Part shown: positions 58,901 through 64,000 of the stretch, one piece after another | Position numbering within the stretch: position 1 is the first letter of the stretch | How the letters are laid out: every line of letters starts with the position of its first letter | NCBI GenBank assembly: GCA_963771175.1 | Contig: CAVYSY010000032.1 | Span: 544,001-608,000 of the forward strand | Direction: 5' to 3' | DNA from: an uncultured delta proteobacterium | GTDB taxonomy: Bacteria > Myxococcota > Myxococcia > Myxococcales > Myxococcaceae | Length of the DNA stretch: 64,000 nucleotides | Position numbers and translations under genes: made by a program | The notes under the pieces: model-generated | What the model saw: the letters and a program-made list of their open reading frames with translations, nothing else | Database searches by the model: none | Told to the model about the DNA's origin: nothing

Positions 58901-59162
58901 CGGCGAAGTCGCGGATGTTGTTCAGCGCGACGCTGATGAGCTTGTCGAAGCGCTTCTCGTCGCACACCTCATCCACCAACTCATGGGAGCCGAGGACGAG
59001 GAGGGACCTGCCCGGAAAGGCCAGCCGGAAGAGCGGACCGTGCTCGCGGCTCAGCCGCATCATCGACTGGATGGGCGTCTCCGCCTCCAGGTCGGGGATG
59101 TTGCCCACCAGGGGGCGGGGGCGGGGCTGCGGGATGGACGCCTTGGCCGAGGCTGTGCGCAT
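55953..59162 (-). CDS. Bifunctional cytochrome P450/NADPH-P450 reductase (CYP102 family)
   Basis: AGDGLFT, AGHETTSG, ESLR, FGNGQRACIG, YGSNMG, RRYSISSSP, GTGLAPFRGF; ends DVFGG. Confidence 0.96.
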   Translation of the reverse strand: MRTASAKASIPQPRPRPLVGNIPDLEAETPIQSMMRLSREHGPLFRLAFPGRSLLVLGSHELVDEVCDEKRFDKLISVALNNIRDFAGDGLFTAHTEEPNWERAHRILLPAFGAQAMRGYFDLMLDIAEQLMEKWERLGPEADLDVPDNMTRLTLDTIALCGFGYRFNSFYQREMHPFVDAMVRGLAEAGDRTRRLPLQTRLMLMTRQQYQRDIVYMHEVVDQVIRERRRSGDATARKDLLSLMLQGVDPVSGQGLDDLNIRNQVVTFLIAGHETTSGLLSFTLYHLLKHPDVLARATAEVDRVLGRDPSRRPTFEQMHQLPYLEQVLRESLRLWPTAPAFTLRPREDTVLGGTWPLRKGEPLMVLTPMLHRDPEVWPEPERFDPDRFTPEAVAARPPNAWKPFGNGQRACIGRQFAMQEATLVLAMLLQRFQLIDHTRYQLRIKETLTLKPEDFRMRVRPRGDGERTVVDLRPATPAAPAKPTWTSGPVARHGTPLLVLYGSNMGSSEAFAQRIASDAGVQGYAPTVATMDSYVGRLPREGAVIIVTASYNGHPPDNAKAFCQWLEELQPGALEGVSYAVFGCGNRDWAATWQSVPKRVDERLAAAGAQRMLTRGEADARADFFGDFDGWYQGVWPTLGEAFGVETAETSQAPRYEVERLDKTVDPLETAHGVVPVEVVANRELVDVTSPFGRSKRHLEVRLPEGMSYRTGDHLAVLPENAPEQVERAARRFKLDPAETVLIRRTREDQSTLPLDSPVMVRALLGFYVELSAPATRRDLQLLAKYTACPPEKKRLLALAGEGGADPEEYRKQVLDKRVSVLDLLEDFPACELPFGVFLELLPPMKPRRYSISSSPLETPERCSITVAVLDAPALSGRGRYRGTCSNYLARVEPGTRIPAVIREPHSPFRPPEDPSVPVVMIGAGTGLAPFRGFIQERAGLAERGTSLGKALLFFGCDHPDVDFLYREELEAWQARGVVEVFPAFFRQEREGVTFVQHRLWAERERVGALLDAGARLYVCGDGRYMAPAVRETVARIHQERTGCTAEEAAAWLRELEHQQRYLADVFGG

Positions 59163-59186
59163 GCGGGGATCTCCTGTCCCAAGGGA

Positions 59187-59219
59187 CTTATATGTCAATA
59201 AGCCTTATCGAGCTATAAG
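59187..59219. promoter_or_regulatory. Tandem CTTAT-N6-ATAAG palindromes, candidate TetR operators for CYP102
   Basis: CTTATATGTCAATAAG (59187-59202) and CTTATCGAGCTATAAG (59204-59219); minus-strand TTGACG at 59235-59240. Confidence 0.6.
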
Positions 59220-59318
59220 CACCCGGACGCGGCGCGTCAACCGGGACAGCCTGAAGACAGGAGTGGAGTGCCTGGCGGGCAGGTGTGCTGCCGTCTTGCC
59301 TGCCGCTCGGGCCGAGGC

Positions 59319-59969
59319 TTACTCCTGCTTGCGACGGGACGAGCGAGGCTTCCGCTCGGTCGGCCGCTCGCCCGGGGCCGGGGGGGAGAGGAGGCCCTGC
59401 ATCACCAGCTCCACGACGAACTCGGCGTACTGACTGATGGTGCGCTCGTCCCTCACATCCATCCCGAAGGCACGCCGGGCCGTCTCGGGCTCGGCGAAGG
59501 CCTGGGTGCTCGCGCCGATGATGGCGAAGTAGGCGAAGCGCCAGTCGATGGGGCGGATCGTCCCGTCCTCCACCGCGGCGGAGAGCTCGCGCTGGAGGAA
59601 GGACCGCGGCTCCGAGAGCCACTCCTCGAAGAGGGCCTCGAAGGACGAGCCTCCCGCGCTGCTCTCGGTGCGGATGAGGCGGGCGAGCTCCGGGCGGCGG
59701 CCATTGAAGGACACATAGGCCCGCAGCAGGTGCGCCAGGCGGGTGGCCCGATCGGCCCCCTCCACCTCTCGCATGGCCTGTCCGAGCACCTCGTGGAACT
59801 CCTGGAAGAGCGCCTCGAGGACGGCGTTCCAGAGGCCCTGCTTCGAGCCGAAGTGGTGGTGCACCAGCGGCTGCGTGACTCCGGCCAGCCGGGCGATGCC
59901 CGCCGTTGTCGCCCCCGAGTAGCCGCGGTTCGCGAACTCCCGGGTCGCCGCGGACAGGATCTTCCGCAC
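59319..59969 (-). CDS. TetR family transcriptional regulator (true start may be GTG at 60000 if a 1-nt indel is present)
   Basis: ILSAATREFANRGYSGATTAGIARLAGV...HHFGSK. Confidence 0.92.
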   Translation of the reverse strand: MRKILSAATREFANRGYSGATTAGIARLAGVTQPLVHHHFGSKQGLWNAVLEALFQEFHEVLGQAMREVEGADRATRLAHLLRAYVSFNGRRPELARLIRTESSAGGSSFEALFEEWLSEPRSFLQRELSAAVEDGTIRPIDWRFAYFAIIGASTQAFAEPETARRAFGMDVRDERTISQYAEFVVELVMQGLLSPPAPGERPTERKPRSSRRKQE

Positions 59970-60061
59970 GACCGCTTCCTGCGAGGTGGTGCTTGCTCAC
60001 AACCCCATGGTGCGGGCTCGCGCGCCCGCTGGCCAGTCCCCCGCGACCGCCAGGGGCTTTC

Positions 60062-60730
60062 TCATGAGCCGAGGCGCCTGCGCAGGGTGCGGATGGCCCA
60101 TGCGCTGAAGAGGATTCCGAACGTGCCCAGGCCCAGGAGCAGGAAGGTGCGCTGCTCGAGGAGGCTCTGGCCGAGGTAGACCGTGCCCACCGCGTACGGA
60201 AGCTCCGCGAGCGCGAGGACGAGCAGATACCTGCGGAGCCCGTAGCGCGCCAGACCGAGCACGTAGCCAGGAATCTCGGAGGGGACCGCCAACTGGAAGA
60301 GGAGCACCAGGCCGAAGGAGGAGTGCCGGGAGATGCGCTCCTCGTAGTGGGCGAGCACACGGTCGGAGGCGAACCGGCGGACCACCGGCCGGCCCCAGAA
60401 CCGGGCGATGCCGTAGGCGCAGGCGCCGCCCAACATCCATCCGCCCCAGAGCAGGAGCACGCAGACGGCCTCCCCCCAGGTGTGGAGGGCCACGGGCAGC
60501 AGCACCGCGCTGGAGAAGAAGGCCAGCATGGCCGAGAGCGCGGACAGCAGGATGAAGAGCGACACGCCCCAGAAGGGGTGCTCGGCGATGACCGGCTCGG
60601 CCTTCACGAGGACCCGTTGCAGGGTGGACTGGAAGGCCTCGGACGACGCGAGGAGGGCCAGGCCGATGAGGAGCAGCCCGAGGAAGAGCGCTCGCGCCCA
60701 CCCGTTCGGCAGTCGGTGTGTCCGGCGCAT
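60062..60730 (-). CDS. DedA/VTT (TVP38) family membrane protein
   Basis: AYGIARFWGR, PSEIPGYVLG, multiple TMs; start uncertain. Confidence 0.85.
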   Translation of the reverse strand: MRRTHRLPNGWARALFLGLLLIGLALLASSEAFQSTLQRVLVKAEPVIAEHPFWGVSLFILLSALSAMLAFFSSAVLLPVALHTWGEAVCVLLLWGGWMLGGACAYGIARFWGRPVVRRFASDRVLAHYEERISRHSSFGLVLLFQLAVPSEIPGYVLGLARYGLRRYLLVLALAELPYAVGTVYLGQSLLEQRTFLLLGLGTFGILFSAWAIRTLRRRLGS

Positions 60731-60795
60731 GAAGGCCATGCGCAAGCACTACCCGGAAAGCCGCGTCAGCGCACGGCCCCCGGGACGGAACCGTC

Positions 60796-62201
60796 TTACT
60801 GCGACAGCTTGGCCTGCAGGGACGCGCGGGCGGCGTAGTCCGGCGCGGAGGCCGCCAGCTTCGACCAGAGCGCCTTCGCGCCCTTCAGGTCGCCCTTGGC
60901 CTTCAGCGCCTCGCCGAGCTGATCCACCGCCGCGGGGTCCGAGCCCACCGCCACGCCCCACACCCGGTCCGCCGTGGGCTTGCCCAGGCCGACGAGCGTC
61001 CATGCCAGGCCCGCCTTCACCCGCCCGTCCGGACGCAGCGGCATCACCTGCCGGTACGCCTGCAGCGCCTCGTCGAAGCGACCCTTCGCCAGCAGCTCCT
61101 CGCCCTGCTCCACCGTCTTCGTGAGCTGGGCCTCGAGCTCCGGCGTGTGCTCGACGTTCTGCATCGCCTGCATCGTCTCTTGCGAGATGGTGGGCGCCGC
61201 CGTGTCACCGCCACCGGCCATCGGGCCACCGGCCGCGCCGGCCATCGGGCCCTGCGCCATCATCGGCTGCGGCGAGAGGTCGAGCTTCGTGGCGCGGATG
61301 CGCCGGTCCTCGGCGCGCGAGGCCAGCAGCTTCTTCATGCCACCAGCCTTCACCGTATCCTCCGTCATGCGGCTCAGCTTGCGCGCCAGCGATGCCCGCG
61401 CCGAGTCCGGGTGCGCGGCGAGGAAGGCCTCGAAGCCCTCGTGGGCCGACTGCAGCGCCTTCAGGTCCTCGCCCTTCGTCTCGTACAGAAGCGCCGAGCG
61501 CCCGAAGAGCGCGTCCGCGGACGAGGGCGCCACCTCCAGCACCCGCTCGTACACCACCAGCGCGCCCGCCGCGTCACCGGAGAGGAACATCGCGTTGGCG
61601 CGCATCGACTCCAACTCCAGCACCGGATCCAGCGCCGCGCGCGAACAGGCCGCCGCTCCCGCGGTGTCGCCCTTCTTCGCGCGCTCCGCGGCCGTCGTCG
61701 ACATGGACTCCATGGGCGTCTCCGCCGAGAAGCCGCAGTTGGCCTCCGCCGCGCCCGGCACCGCACCCTTGCCCAGCTTCTTGCGCTGCGCCAGGAACAG
61801 CTCGCGCACGTCCTTCGCCTTCTGCTCCGCCTGGAGGAAGTAGGGGATGGCGTCCGTGGGTCGGCCGTTCGTGTAGTAGAGCTTGCCGAGCGAAGAGGCG
61901 ATCTCGAACGTCTTCTCCCGCTCGCGCAGGCCCTGCATCTGGTCGAGCTGCTTGAGCAGCTCCTCGGCGGAGGGCGGCGCCCGGCCATTCATCGGCGGGT
62001 GGCCCTCGGGCATCTGCCCCGAAGGCGGGGCGGCGGACTGCGCCGGGTCGAGGGACGGGTGTCCCGCGGGCATCGCCCCCATGCTCCCGGGAGCAGCGGC
62101 CGTCGGCTGGGTCCCCGAGCCGAGGGGGGGGTGCCCGGCGGGCAGGTTGGAGGGCTCGGCGGCGAGCAGGGCCGCGGTGGCCAGGGCGAGGGAGAGGGTC
62201 A

Positions 62202-62202
<1 letters not shown>
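60796..62202 (-). CDS. Secreted TPR protein with N-terminal PxGHP repeats
   Basis: Signal peptide; LPAGHPP, MPAGHPS, MPEGHPP; TPR-like helices. Confidence 0.75.

Positions 62203-64000
<1,798 letters not shown>

Overview
High-GC DNA whose gene content (DUF2381, Ser/Thr kinase, lipoprotein toxin, Uma2) points to a myxobacterium, probably Archangium/Cystobacter-like (inference). It is mostly housekeeping: thiolase, pruA, deoD, a met operon, tatBC, MCP, HDAC, PBP1A, RluA, etfAB/acyl-CoA dehydrogenase, transaldolase, kdsD, CYP102, folK and dapB. About 16 genes carry 1-2 nt frameshifts, most likely assembly errors. Highlights: (1) A minus-strand operon at 34.5-42.6 kb encodes a PqqD/RRE protein, a ~1950-aa Ig/FN3/7xFG-GAP lipoprotein, a 46-aa peptide missing from the ORF track (KKPYRPPRV RRE-type leader, two-Cys core), an HPr-kinase-like P-loop protein and an S24/S26-peptidase-GNAT fusion. 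This is a candidate uncharacterised RiPP-like peptide-modification system with no cyclase or radical SAM enzyme. (2) An intergenic array at 24.5-25.0 kb has three hairpins with co-varying ends and variable interiors joined by conserved ~70-bp linkers. (3) A candidate Thr/Met leader-peptide attenuator and operator sit upstream of metY and a metX-homoserine dehydrogenase fusion. (4) A kinase/DUF2381 plus Tox-REase-5/Imm52 accessory islet. No rRNA, tRNA, CRISPR array or transposase was recognised.
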